Assembly: GCA_004022145.1 (NCBI GenBank)
Contig: RCNU01000019.1
From: Paecilomyces variotii
Lineage: Eukaryota
Length of the DNA stretch: 64,000 nucleotides
Direction: 5' to 3' (one strand)
Both the position numbers and the translations under genes were made by a program. Shown one piece after another: positions 1 through 13,403 of the stretch (its first letter is position 1; every line of letters starts with the position of its first letter). The notes beneath the pieces were generated by a model, which did no database searches, was not told where the DNA came from, and was given only the letters and a program-made list of their open reading frames with translations.

Positions 1-3000
1 TTATATAGGACAGCTTAAGGATAACTTAAGCTTTAAGAAAAAAGCCGGAGATATTATAAAAAATTATTATTTTATTAATATAATAAGATTAGATAAGCCT
101 TAAAAAATAAAGAAAAGATAAAACAGGATTAAATAATTATATAAAAAAAAGTTATAAAAAGTAATTAAATAAGAATAGAGATTTCCTTTAATTAAAATAA
201 ACTAATTTAATAATTATTAGCCTTTAAATATAACTAAGAAAATAAGAATAATTAAAAAGGAAATAAAAAATATGCTTAAATAAAATAAAAATAAAAAGAT
301 TATTAAAATAAAAAAAAATAAAAATTAAAGAGGTTTAAAGTTATAGATAAGCTAAAAGGGACTATTAATATAATAAAGGTTATAAACCAGATATTAAATA
401 TTAGAGTTTAGATATTAATTTAGAATCTTATTAGTCTATCTCCTAATTTATATAAGACCTTATTTACTTTATAACTATAATAGATAATAATAAAGGTAAT
501 ATTTTATAATATTAAAGGAGTATAATTTAATGCCTCTATATTTAATATAAAGTATATAGTAAATAGTATAGATTAGTATACTTATATATCCTTATAATTT
601 AAGCCTCTTAATAAAGATAAAATACTATATATAGCTATAATTCTAAAGTTACTAATTAAAATTAATAGTTATAAAAAAGTATAAAATATTATAATAAATA
701 GTAGAGCCAAAATTAATATAATATATAGAGATATAATAAATTACTATAAACTTATTATAAGCCAGAAATTTAGAGATAATATAATATTAGCAGATAATAG
801 GCAAACCTCTTTTATAGGTCTTTATAAAGAGGTACTTATATAGATAAAATCTTTTTATTATAAGATCCCTTTTTTTATAATAAATAATAAGATTAACTAT
901 AATTATATTCTGGGATAGCTTTTTAAGTATTAAGTATATTTATAATATATTATTTTATTAAATAAGATAATAAAAAGCATAATTTACTCTATAAACTAAA
1001 AGAATTAAGCTATTATTTAAATATTTTTAATAGATAACCTAAGAAATAAGTTAAAAGAAAAAGTATTATATAATCTATTATCCTAAGTATAAGAGTTATT
1101 AAATTAGAGCTAAAAAAAAATAATAAATATTAGACTAAGAATAGAGAAGGCCTATAGAAGCTATATTTAATAAATAATATTAGCTTTAAAATAAGTGAGG
1201 AAATTAAAAATAAAGGGGTAGAGATATTTAAACCTACTAAATTAAATAAAGGAGTTAAAAGGTTATAGGAGTATAGATTATTTAAAAGATATAATCTTTT
1301 TATTATAAAAATAAAATATTCTATTAATATATAGTATAAGAAGAAATATAAAAAGATTTATTTAATAAATATATTAAACAGACCTATAATAGCTTTAAAG
1401 GGGTTATTAAAATAAAAAGAAGTTATTAAGGAGCGCTATTATAAAAATCTCTAAAAAAATATAAAAAAAATATATAAAGGATTTGCTAAATATATCTAAC
1501 TAAAAATATTAAATATTAAGAGAGAAATAAGATTAATACTAGACTATTTAAAGAACCTTATTATAGATAATAATTTATAGCTAAAAAAAAAAACTATTAA
1601 TAAAGGTGTTTTTTACTTAAAAAGCAGTCCTTATCTAAATCTTTAAAGAAATTAAATAAATATACTTAGAAATTATATCTCTAATTATTATTTAGATTAT
1701 AGATTATAAATTATAATAAATAAAAAGCTTCTTAGTATTAAAGATATTCTATAGTATAGTATAAAGAATAATAAAAAAAAGGATAAATATAAGGATCCTT
1801 AAATATAGTTAAGGACCCTACTAAAACCTATAATTCTTAGTAAAAAAAAAATAATAAATATTAGCTAATTAATATAGCTATAGAAGTTAATTAAGTAATA
1901 ATATAAGATATTAATCTGCCCTCTTTAGCTAATAAATTCTTAGAAGAGTTTAATAGAATATTAGTATTAATATTTATAGACTTATTCTTTAAGTATAATT
2001 AGTTAAAGTTAGCTAAGAAATTATAGGACTTAATAGCTTTCTATATACTAGAGATTAATTTAATTTATTAAGCTAGACTATTCTAAGGATAGATAAATAT
2101 AGTATAAGAGTTTATATAAAGAATTATATAAGTACTAGCAAATAATATTCTTAATATCTGCAATATATTTCTGGATAATATACTAATATAAGAACCTAAG
2201 ACTAATTATAAAGAAGAAGAAATACTGCTAGAAATTAGAAGGTTTATATTTAAATATATCTAGAATATTAATAAAATATTATATAGTCTTAAACTTGCAG
2301 GTTTAATAATTACTAGGGAGAAATTATAATTTATAATATTAGAAATTAAAGTAATAAGCTATATATATAATATTAAGGGGAGATATTTTAAGTTTACTAA
2401 GGTAATAAAGATTTTAAAATAGCTACTTTATTAGAATTTATAAGAAGTAAGAGAATTTTTAAGAATTATAGCCTATTACTAGATATAGATTAAAAGATAT
2501 ACTACTAAAGCTAAGCTAATATATTTAATATTAAAGAAAGAATAAGACTTCCTTTAAGGGCTAAAATAATAAAAAGTAATAAATATTTTAAAAATAGCCC
2601 TAATAATAGCACTAGTACTTAAGCTAATTAATTATAAAGAGAAAGGCATAATTATTATTAATACTAATGCTAATAATAGCAGATAAGAGACTTAATTTAT
2701 TTTAAAAAAAAAGGAGTCTAATAAGAGATACTTAGCTAGATATAAAAGTAGAGTATAAATATAAATAAAGAGGCAATATAATAAAAGAAAGTTAAAGTAT
2801 AAGACAGTATTAAAAGCGCTTTATAAATTCTAAGCATATCTATATAATATATACTTTTAACTAGAGGTAGATATAAAAACTTTAATAGCGCAACTAAATA
2901 AGATAGCTATAAACCTTTCTAAATTAATAATTACTTAATAAATTACTTAGATTTAGCTATTTAATTTTAATATTATCTATATATTAGGGAAAAAGAACTT

Positions 3001-6000
3001 AGTTATAAATAAGTTATCTTAAAAGTTAATAATAAAATAAGATCTAAAAAAGCAGAAGATAATAATATAAAGAAATTCCTAGACCTATAATTTTATATAG
3101 TCTATTATATTAATATATAAAAGATAGAATTAGATAGTATCTCTTAATTAATACCTATATTATATTAGTCAGAAAAGTCTTTACTAATTATAGAATAGTT
3201 ATAAATTATAATAAAATTAGATAATATAAATAAAGAATAATATATTAAGTTTAAGAAAGAGGCCCTAAAATATATAGTCTAAGATAATATACTTTTTTAG
3301 AGAATATAATAAAATTAGCCTTATTATATAGTTATTAATAATAAAAAAAAGTAAAAAAAAATTCTTATAGCTTTTTATAAAGAGTATAAATATTATAAAT
3401 ATAAAGTAATTTATTAAAAGATAGCTAATTAATATTAATAAAAAGGCCTATATAAATATATTGCCAGATAAGTAAAGATATATAATAAATACTAGAAAGC
3501 AGATAAAGAATATATAAAAGAAGCTTTATAGTTAATATTTATTCTACTAAAAAAATTAAAGCTATATCTAAATATCTATAAAATTATACTGCCTAATAAA
3601 GGAAAGACTTATATTATTATATTTTAAGACAATTTTAACTAGATTAAATATAGAGCCTTTAATAGCCTTATTTTAAGAGCTATTATTAAATTTTTATAAA
3701 AAAACTAGATTTATTATTAGAGAGTAATAAAGACTCTTATTAATAATAAAAGACTAGAGAATAAAATTATAATTAATATATTAGTATAAAAGTATAAGAT
3801 TAATTATATTAAAGTCTTATTATATAATCTATAAGTAAATAAAGCAGTTAAAATTATATATAAATCTTTTATATATAATATCAGAAAATTTATAAAAAAA
3901 ATAAAAATAAATTAGGTAAACTATTTACTAGCAATAATCTAAGCAAATAAAAATATAATTAAAATTTTTATAGGCTTAATACTATTTAGAGCAATTATAA
4001 GATATAATACTATACTGCTAATTAAATTAGAAGTACCTATTTAAAAGACTTTAATATAAAATAAAGTTAAGATTATAGAAGATCTTCTATTCCTTTATAT
4101 ATAATAAATAGAGCTCTAAGATTAAGATATAAAAAAGGCCTAATTTTATATTTAATATATAAGAGAAGCTAATAAAAAAGTCTTTAATAATAAGAAATAG
4201 CTCTGCGAAGAATAATTAATAAAAAAATAGCTTATTCTGCTTTATAATATAAAGTTTAAGATATCTTACTCTATAAAACTAGTATATTACTAGCTTAGAC
4301 TATATAAGATTAAAAAAGTCCTTAAGAAAGAATTCTATAAGCTTAAGAAATTAAATAATATATCTTTTAGAGACCTAATTTATAAAAATTATTTAAAAGG
4401 CTATTATTTATAAGAGAACTAAAATAAAATATTAACTGCAAATAATAATATAATATCTAAATAAGAAAATTAATAATTAAGTAATAATAATAATAATAAT
4501 ATAGACTAAATACTATCTAGATTAGAATATATAGTTATAATTCTAATACTCTCTTTTTAAAAATATTAGCTTAGAAGAAGGGAAGTAAAAAGCTAATAAT
4601 AAAATAAGTTTAATACTAAGTAAAAAATTAATTTAAAAGGAGAAGAAATAAAAAAATAATAGTAAAATAAGTACTAATACTATAATAAAAAGAGAAAGAG
4701 GGTAAACTTAAGATAAGGGCGTCTTTTTTAGGGAAGAGAAAAGATTTAAAAATGCCTAATAATAATTAAAAAAGAAAAAAAAGAGAGATAATTAAAAAAT
4801 ATATAATATTAGCTTAAATATCTTAAAAAAGTCTATAAATAAAGCTAAAAATAAAAAATATTAAATAAAGAATATAAGTAATAAATAAAGAATTCTTACC
4901 TTATTATAAAAACCTTATTTTTTATATTATATAATATTATAGCAGAAATAACTGGAGACTAAATTAAGCTAAACTTAACCTTATCTTATCTTTTAAATAT
5001 ATCTTTTTATTTAAAAACTATTTTAAAGAATTACTCTATAAAGATATATATTAAAAATAGAAGAAAATATATTAAAAATATAAAATATTATCTATTAGGA
5101 TAAAGCTCTTTAACTTAGAATATATATATATACTATAGTTAGTAAAATTTATAAACTTATAAAGGAGATAATAAATAAGGCTAATAATAAAAAAAAAAAC
5201 TTAAAAAAGGTCTAGTTTATAAACAATATAATAATAATTATTTTAAATTTTTAAAGTAAGTATAATAAAATAGCTAATAATTTTTATAATTTCTTAAATT
5301 AATAAGAGCTATTAAAAAAAGTAAGAAAAAAAAATATTAGCTATTAATAAGCTAAAAGAATTAAAAATATAAGTAGAAAAAAATTATAAATATATTAATA
5401 AAGGTTATTATAAAGCTATAGAGAAATAAGGTTAAAAAATTATAAACTAAGTCTTATTAATTATTAGATAGTTATACTAAACCTTAATAATTATAAGAAG
5501 ATTAATATCTAATATTAAAGATTAAAAAATAATAGCTATATATCTAATAAAAATATAAGTTAATAGACTTTATAATATTAGGAGATAAAAAATACTAACT
5601 AAAAAGAGCCTTTAACTAATTAATATTAGAAAAATAAAAGATATCTTAAAAAAAGCCCTTAATAGAGAAAGACTAATTTTTTAAAAGCCTATTAATAAAG
5701 AATTATAAAAGGTTAAAATAAAAATAGGAGAAAATAATCTTTTAAAGAAAATTATAGGAAAAAAGAAAAAATATTAAATAAAAGATTTAGGTAAAAGCTT
5801 ATTAGTAGATTTAATATTAGACAAAAAAAATATAAAGAAGGAGAAAAAAAAAAGGATTAAGAGTCTTAAAAAGTTAAAAGGAGAAAAGAAGTTTAAAACT
5901 TAAAATAAAAAGAAATAGCTAGAAAAAAGATATAAATATAAGATTAATATATCTATATTAATAAAAAAGGCTATTACTAATTTAGAAGATAAAGAAGTAT

Positions 6001-7397
6001 TAAAATTTTTAAGAAAAAAAAAGATTAAACTTACTATTATATACTAAATTTATATTAAAAAAATATAAAATATAATAAAATTAAGAAGTGCAGAAGATAA
6101 TATCTTTAAAAAAAGATTAAAAATGCTTATAAATAGTAATAATAATCTTAAATACTAAAATACTAATATAGACTACTAGAAATAGTTTTAAGGGGGATAA
6201 AGATTTAATACTAACTTTAAGGATTATTACTGCCTAAATAAGAAGAAAACTAAAATATAATCTTAGCTAAGTAGACTAAATATAAGTATTAAGAAGATTA
6301 GAAAAGTCTTATAATAGGTTAATTTAAAGAAGATTAAATTAATTTATAAGCTATATATATAACTATTAGCTAATATAATTAGTATAAAGGAGAATATATC
6401 TATAAAAGAAGCTAAAGGAGTATTAAAAGTAGTTAAAAATATAAAGCTAGTAATAATAAAATAATAGAAAAAGGGATTATTTAAAATAATAACCTATCTT
6501 TATAAAAATTTACTTAAAAAAATTAAATAATTTATAAATAAAACCTTTAAAAATAAATAGGCAATAAAATCTCCTAATAAAGCCTTAAAAACTAATATAA
6601 AGCCCTCCTTTTCTGCGGTAAACCTAGAAGACCCCTTTATTAAAAAAAAACTGGGTATTTAAAAAATATATAAAATATTAGAACTATATAATTTAAAAAT
6701 AATATAGAGGCTAAATAAATATTAGGTATATCTAGTAATAGCTAGGTTAAAAGAAGAATAAAGAATTCTATTTTAAGAAGTCTTAAAAATATAAAAGATA
6801 GAGATAATATAAAAGTTAAAGAATCTTTATTTAAAGACTTTCTCCCTAAGAAATCTCTAATATTAGGGATAGTTTAACTATTTAGAGATTTTAAATTAAT
6901 TAATATAAATACTTCTAATAATATACTTAATAGCTTATATTATAAAGCCTAAGATAATCTATATAGAGCTAAAAAATATCTTAAATCTAAATATAGGAAT
7001 AAAAAATATTTTAATCTAAATAAAGAAGATTTTACCCTAAATAAGATATAGGATTAATATATTTAATTAGATATTATAATAAAAGAGAACTTTAATTATT
7101 AAGAAATAAATAGGGTTTTTTAGATTATATTTTTTAAAAAGAAATTAGTAGAAGAGATATTATAATATACTATTATAAAAATAAAAACAGCCCTTTATTA
7201 TAAAAAGGAGAATAAAAAATTAATAAGGCTTAAAAACTTATTTAGGAATATTCTCTAGAAGGTTATTATATAAGATATCTAGATTTATTTAATTTAGTTA
7301 GTGTTATATAGTTATAGTAAATATAAATTATAAGTCTAATATTTTAAGAAATATAAACTAAGAGTATTAAATATAGAGTCTATAATCCTTAAGGGAG

Positions 7398-7892
7398 TAG
7401 AGTAGTTATATAGGCGGTTTAGTTCGGTTTAGGGGGGAGGTTAAACCGCCCGTAGCGGTTTTCGGTTTAGGGCAGATAAACTATACCTAAACTAAACTAT
7501 ATACTAGTAGTTTAGTTTAAAACTAAAAAAACCAGATCAGCATAATTAGTTACTAACCTAAGTTAGATCTGGTTATATAACTATGCTCTAGCTATATTAG
7601 GATAAATAAGCGAAAATTACAATACCGTAATTTACCGATTTCTAATATATTTTTATTATATATACTAAATACTATAGTAATTTTATACCTCTGATATAAG
7701 TATCGATAAATTATATAGTGTAATTTAAATACGAGGTTAAAATTATGGTTCAAATGGTTTAAACCAAAAACCACCAGTTCGGTTCGGTTCTGGTAGACTC
7801 GCACCGCGGTTTACTAGGAAGCGAACTAAACCGAACCATGGGCGGTTCGGTTCGGTTCGGTTCGGTTTTTTCGGTTTACTGTAACCACTCTA
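7398..7892. mobile_element. Non-autonomous hAT-type DNA transposon/MITE (495 bp) nested in the Gypsy element
   Basis: 8-bp direct repeat taagggag at 7390-7397 and 7893-7900. TIRs are tagagtagttata (left) and tgtaaccactcta (right; reverse complement tagagtggttaca). Subterminal ggttc/aaccg arrays. 8-bp TSD and TAG..CTA ends are hAT hallmarks. Confidence 0.88.
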
Positions 7893-8436
7893 TAAGGGAG
7901 AAATAGGCTAGAGCTTTATAACCTTAAAAATTAGACTAATTATTAGAAATAAATCTAAAAAAATTATAAATTTAAGAGATATTATACTTAGATAGGGAGA
8001 AATAACCTTTATTAATAATCTATATTAGCTAATATTAAAAAATTAAAGAATAAATCTTAATAGTATTTACTATTTTAATTATAGAGAATAAAATAAGATA
8101 AGATTTAATTAAGAAGAATCTAGGCCTTTTAATATTTAAATAAATAAAATTATAGCTATAGGCAAAATAATATTTAATTAATTAAACTAAGATTATTTAG
8201 AAGTTAAAGCAGAGCTATACTTTATATTAAAATAAAATATATTATTAGTTTAAGATTATCTATAAAAGAAAGGAATTTAGCTTTATAAATTAGGGGTTTT
8301 AAGATATATATAATATTAAAAACTAGAGTATTCTTGCTTTAGGAATAATTTATAATATTAAAAGAAGGAGATAATATAGACTATAATAATTAAAGAAGGC
8401 AGATAAAGATATCTATTTTTAAAGAAGGGGAGGCTA

Positions 8437-8775
8437 TATAATAGGAAGAATTAGTATAAAGAATATAATTAGTTAAGAGATTATATATTTTTACTTAAAA
8501 TTTTTAAAAAGTCTATAAATAAAGCAAGAGAGAAAGAAAATAATAAGGAGATAATACCTTTTAGTTATTTAAAATAAAATAATTAGCTTTTTTTTTCTAT
8601 TATTATTTAGTATTAGTTTAATATTAGATTATTATTAGTTTACTATATTAGTTTATAGTTAAAGCTTTTTTTCTAGCTCTACTCTAAGCTCTAAAGCTAA
8701 ATACCTTTCTCTTCCTTCTTAATACCTACTTGCTTAAAGACTCTATGCTAAGTCTTAATATATCTTCCCATAACA
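8437..8775 (+). repeat. 3' LTR of the Gypsy element (339 bp), preceded by a polypurine tract at ~8421-8433
   Basis: PPT aaagaaggggagg, then tataataggaaga (de-RIP tgtgatgggaaga). The LTR ends in tcttcccataaca (reverse complement tgttatgggaaga), giving TG..CA inverted termini. Confidence 0.75.
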
Positions 8776-9483
8776 GTATAAGATTTAAGTCTAAAATAGT
8801 AATATCTCTATAATAAAGTATTATAGAATTATAAAACTATAAAATATATTTATATTTAAAACTGCTATAAAGAAATAATAAAATAATTAATTTATTATCT
8901 ATAAAAGGGAGTAATAGGCATATAAAAAAATTATATAGTGAAGTTTATAGCCTTATATAATTTCATATCTTAAGCTAGCGCGCTAGCTCAGCTATACTGA
9001 ACCTAATTAGCTTATTTAGAGAGGGGAAAATATGGTCTTTTCTTATGTTATCTAGCTTAGTCATTCTCTATTATATAGCCTTAGGCACAGATATCTCTTA
9101 GTAATCAACTTTCTTCTTCTGAACAACATATGAAACTAGTGATCACCACGTGACGCTGTGGCTTGACACTTCGGGGACTCGTTTATCCACCCGCCCCAGG
9201 CGCTGCGTTCAAGCTTCATCATCTCCAGATAGCGAGTTCTTTCGGCCCCTCTCACCTCCTTCGTACTCTCAGAACGTACTCGAGGGGACAACCTTACATA
9301 TTCATTTCATTTCAATCAGCCTCGCCTCTTGTGGTTGTATCCTCGCTGTCCCGAAAGCGTGCGCCTGGAATCTACAGGTGGCGTGAGAAGGATAGATCAA
9401 GCCTTCCTCAACCGCCTAGCCACTCTTTCATATTCATCGCATCGCTGTGATCGTGCCTCTTACGACAAGACTTACCCCTCAAC

Positions 9484-11070
9484 ATGACGACGGCAGTGGC
9501 GCTGGGAACGCCTTTGGCGGAAGCTCTCAGCAACACCATTCCATCTAAGGTGGCGGAGATGGGCTGGAGCACTGGGGGCGGCGAGGACTCTGCTTTGACA
9601 GAATACATAATCTTGATGTTGGTGAATGGAAAGACGCAAGAACAGATTTCAAATGAACTCTCAAATGATCTGCTTGGCCTCGGGGAGGATGACACGCAAG
9701 CCCTCGAGTTCTCAAGGTGGCTTTTCGAGCAAGTTGAAATGTTGGATCGGCAGTTCAACGGAGGCGGAAATCCGGATCAGCAATCTACTCAGGCCATACC
9801 TTCCTTCAACGACCAAGAGACATCAGGTGCTCAGCCCGGTGGACTGAGTGCTGGCACGCAGGACACTCAGATGGGCGAGACATCTCCCCAAGCAGAGTCA
9901 GTGTATGTAATTCCCCAATCTTGTACGCTGCCTTCATTACGGGAAGATGCTAACGCTCGTATGTACAGACCTACAGGACCCAAGGCTATGCGGAATGGTC
10001 GACAAGGTGGTCGCGGTCGGATGTTGGGCCAAATCAACAAGACGCTGGATCGAGGTAATGATTCAATGCTCCATCGGGTCAGAGGAGGATCGGGGTCTGG
10101 ACGGGTCAACAGCCATGGACGAGACCAGCACAAGGGACCGAGATCTTTTCAGAATGGTAGAGGCATGGGCAACGGTAGACAGACGGGTGGAATGGGAATG
10201 GGAATGGCTGGAGGCCTGATGTCAGGTGGCTCTGCTGCTGCCAATGTCATGCAGATGAACCCCGAGAATCAGATGCAGCTGATGGCCCTCCTGGAGGAGC
10301 AAGCAAGAATGATGGCACAGCTGATGCCTGGAATGGTGCCTCCTGCTATAAACCCAGCTTTTCAGCAAGGTGGCCGACCTCGACAAGGACGGTCGCTGTT
10401 CGAGCGAATCGAGCGCCAGCCACAAAGGGGTCAGCGGCATGGAAACCGCAGCCAGGATGCTACGGCCACGGATGGCGATATGGATACGAACCCCGACAAT
10501 GCCTCGAAAGGAAACGAGCAGGGAGAGGTCAATACGGACAATGTCTGCCATTGGAACCTTCGCTGTACCAAGAAAGACTGTCCCTTTGCACATCAGTCGC
10601 CAGCTGCCCCCGAAGGCACGCCTGTCGATGTTACGGATCGTTGTCCATACGGCGCCGCCTGCAAAAATAAGAAATGCACTGGACGTCATCCGTCACCCGC
10701 GGTCAAGGCAGTGCACCAGGCGGATGAGCCTTGTCGATTCTTCCCTCACTGCACTAATCCAAGCTGCCCGTTCAAACATCCGACGATGCCGCTTTGCCGT
10801 AATGGTGCTGACTGTACCGTTACCGGATGCAAGTTCACTCATTTGCAGACACCATGCAAATTCAATCCTTGTCTTAATCCAAATTGCCCCTACAAGCATG
10901 CTGAAGGTCAGAAAGGATCATTTGCCGACAAGGTATGGACCGCTGATTCGGCTCAAAAGAAGGAACATGTCAGTGAGAGGAAATTTATCGACGAGAGCGC
11001 GGAGGAAGAGCTCATCAAACCTGGTGCATCTGTGGCAGATGGCTCTCATAACCAGGAAGTGATGACCTAG
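9484..11070 (+). CDS. nab2: Nuclear polyadenylated RNA-binding protein Nab2 (PWI-like N-terminus, RGG region, tandem CCCH fingers); intron ~9903-9968
   Basis: N-terminal LTEYIILMLVNGKT, RGG-rich middle, multiple C-x5-C-x4-C-x3-H fingers. Intron gtatgt..gctaac..tacag. Confidence 0.9.
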   Translation: MTTAVALGTPLAEALSNTIPSKVAEMGWSTGGGEDSALTEYIILMLVNGKTQEQISNELSNDLLGLGEDDTQALEFSRWLFEQVEMLDRQFNGGGNPDQQSTQAIPSFNDQETSGAQPGGLSAGTQDTQMGETSPQAESVYVIPQSCTLPSLREDANARMYRPTGPKAMRNGRQGGRGRMLGQINKTLDRGNDSMLHRVRGGSGSGRVNSHGRDQHKGPRSFQNGRGMGNGRQTGGMGMGMAGGLMSGGSAAANVMQMNPENQMQLMALLEEQARMMAQLMPGMVPPAINPAFQQGGRPRQGRSLFERIERQPQRGQRHGNRSQDATATDGDMDTNPDNASKGNEQGEVNTDNVCHWNLRCTKKDCPFAHQSPAAPEGTPVDVTDRCPYGAACKNKKCTGRHPSPAVKAVHQADEPCRFFPHCTNPSCPFKHPTMPLCRNGADCTVTGCKFTHLQTPCKFNPCLNPNCPYKHAEGQKGSFADKVWTADSAQKKEHVSERKFIDESAEEELIKPGASVADGSHNQEVMT

Positions 11071-11463
11071 GAAATTTTTGTAATCAAGGCGCGTGTTTAA
11101 TGGCAGTGGCGCCTTGTTCAGATGTATGCGTGTTATGATATTTTGGGGTTTATACTAGGCTTTATACCGGGACATTCTGTCTGTGATGAGAGGGTGAATG
11201 ACTGATGGGAAGGGCGTTGGATTTGTCAGAATTCTATCCAAAAGATTTGACATCAACCTGTAAATAGCACTGTAATATCATCATGGCCGTCATAGACGTT
11301 GCAAAGAAATATTCTTTACTGAACATCTGCCAAGCAGGTAGTGTAAGGCGAATACCGGATATTGTAAGTTACGACCTCGAACCAAAGCTTTGTCTACCGG
11401 CGGTCCGATTCCATTGATGCCCTCGCAATTTCATACTTCTCCATTTCTACATTAATCTCTGAG

Positions 11464-13403
11464 ATGTGGCGATTATGCCAGCATAGGTATGCACTGGACA
11501 CAATTTCAAGGTCATTGACATTTCGTTTCCATGGCCAGAGACGGTTCCTCAGTGCCCCGTCCAAATCTTATGATGCCGCGGTCATAGGTGGCGGTATTAC
11601 AGGTCTCACAACAGCCTTCAGGCTGTCGCGAGACCCCAATTGCGCGAAGGTCACACTTTACGAGCAGTCAAATCGACTTGGAGGATGGTTACAATCAGAA
11701 ACCATCAACGTTGACGGCGGAGAAGTGGTGTTCGAATACGGACCGCGAACACTGCGAACTGCGTCGCCTTCGTGCCTCCCTCTGCTAGACTTGGTAAGAC
11801 AGACAAGAAAATACATCCGCTGGGGCTGCGAGCTAGATCCTGACACATTCGGAACAGCTTTTCGAGCTTGAATTGGAGGATGAGATTCTCATTACGAGCA
11901 AGAATTCACCAGCCGCGCGCAACCGCTACATCTACTACCCCGATCACCTCGTGCGCATGCCAGCACCCATCCCGAACGCCGGCACCATCACCAACCTGAT
12001 AGCAAACGGAAAGGTCCTTTTAACAGAACCAGTACTCGCGGGTCTACTGTCTTCCGTTTTCACGGAGCCATTGAAGGAACCCAGATCAGACAAACTTGCG
12101 GGTCAGGATGAGTCGGTTGCGGACTTCGTCTCTCGACGGATGTCACCACAGATTGCGGACAACCTGGCGTCAGCATTGTTCCATGGAATATACGCCGGGG
12201 ATATAGATCGATTGAGTGCTCAGACCTTGCTTGGGGTATATAGGGATTTAGAGAAGACAGATCGCAGGGTTTTTGGATCGCTGTTGAATATCGCGCAGAC
12301 TGAGCGAAGGATTCTGTTGACGGATGACCTCTTGGCTCTTCACTCAGTTGAGCATGAGAGACCGCATGGGCACTGGCAGCGTCTTACGAGCCTAGTAAGG
12401 GGAGCAAGTGTCCTGACACTGAAAAGGGGACTAGGCCAGCTTGTACAGAGTCTAGAAACTGCTCTCAGGGAGACTGCTAAGGTTGAGATCTTGACAAATA
12501 CCGAGGTCAAGGCTATTAGTAAGGACCAGCAGACCTCTGATTTAGCGGTAAGTGCTGCTTCTACGTACTTGGGAGTTGATTTTGGTTATTAACACATTTC
12601 CTATCCAGATCCAAATTGGCGAAAACGGATCACGTACACATAATCGTGTCGTTGCCACTATCCCGGCACCCGTACTGGCCAAGAGTCTGCGTTCAGGTGT
12701 TAAGGGTGACCAGCCAGTCCCTCAAGGGAGTGTCAGGAACCTGGAAGAACATAACTATGCGGTCTCAGTGATGGTGGTGAATCTGTATTACGACAACCCG
12801 CAGCTGATCCCCTACAAGGGATTCGGATACCTTATTCCGCGCTCAATCTCACTCGATCAGAACCCTGAACGTGCTCTTGGTGTCATATTCGGTTCTGATT
12901 CCAGCGTGGGACAGGACACTGCCCCGGGCACCAAGCTAACAGTCATGATGGGCGGTCACTGGTGGGACGGTTGGCAGGAATCTGACTACCCAGACCCCGA
13001 GACCGCTGTTTCCATGGCTCGTTCCTTGTTGGAGCGTCATTTACATATAAAAGAGTCGCCTGCAGTTGCAAAGGCGCGTCTACATCGCAATGCTATTCCT
13101 CAGTACACCGTTGGTCATATGTCGCGGATGCAGGAGCTTTCTCGCGCCGTACGGGACGAGTTCAACCATCGCCTTACATTAGCAGGCAGCTGGTACAGTG
13201 GAGTTGGCGTCACAGATTGCATACGTCAGGCCTATCTATCCGCATCGTACGGCGTTGATGCTCGACGACTGGATGATATGAACGGAGAACGACCGTGGTC
13301 GAGGATGGGGTACAAAGACTGGGACTTGGAAGGTGGCATCGTATCATCTCCACAACGGTGGTTCAAGGCAAATGTAGATGATGTAAAGTACTTATTTTGC
13401 TAG
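11464..13403 (+). CDS. hem14: Protoporphyrinogen oxidase; introns ~11793-11858 and ~12548-12609
   Basis: FAD motif VIGGGITGL, FEYGPRTLR, RYIYYPDHL, GFGYLIPRS, AIPQYTVGH, GVGVTDCI. The N-terminus resembles a mitochondrial targeting sequence. Confidence 0.92.

Larger units (their letters stand above)
1..8775 (+). mobile_element. RIP-degraded Ty3/Gypsy LTR retrotransposon (5' end outside window)
   Basis: Extreme AT richness with TpA excess and no long ORFs. Reversing C>T/G>A changes recovers motifs in Gypsy order: protease I-D-S-G-A-E-I-N (691-720), RT F-L-D-D (~2168), RNase H end H-I-x-G-K-K-N-x-V (~2978), integrase Y-N-P-Q-x-N-G (~3822) and W-L-G-P-Y (~4291). PPT and LTR at the right end. Confidence 0.9.

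Noticed and set aside
7592-7804. 70-aa ORF inside the MITE
   Set aside because: No transposase motifs; a chance ORF in AT-rich sequence.
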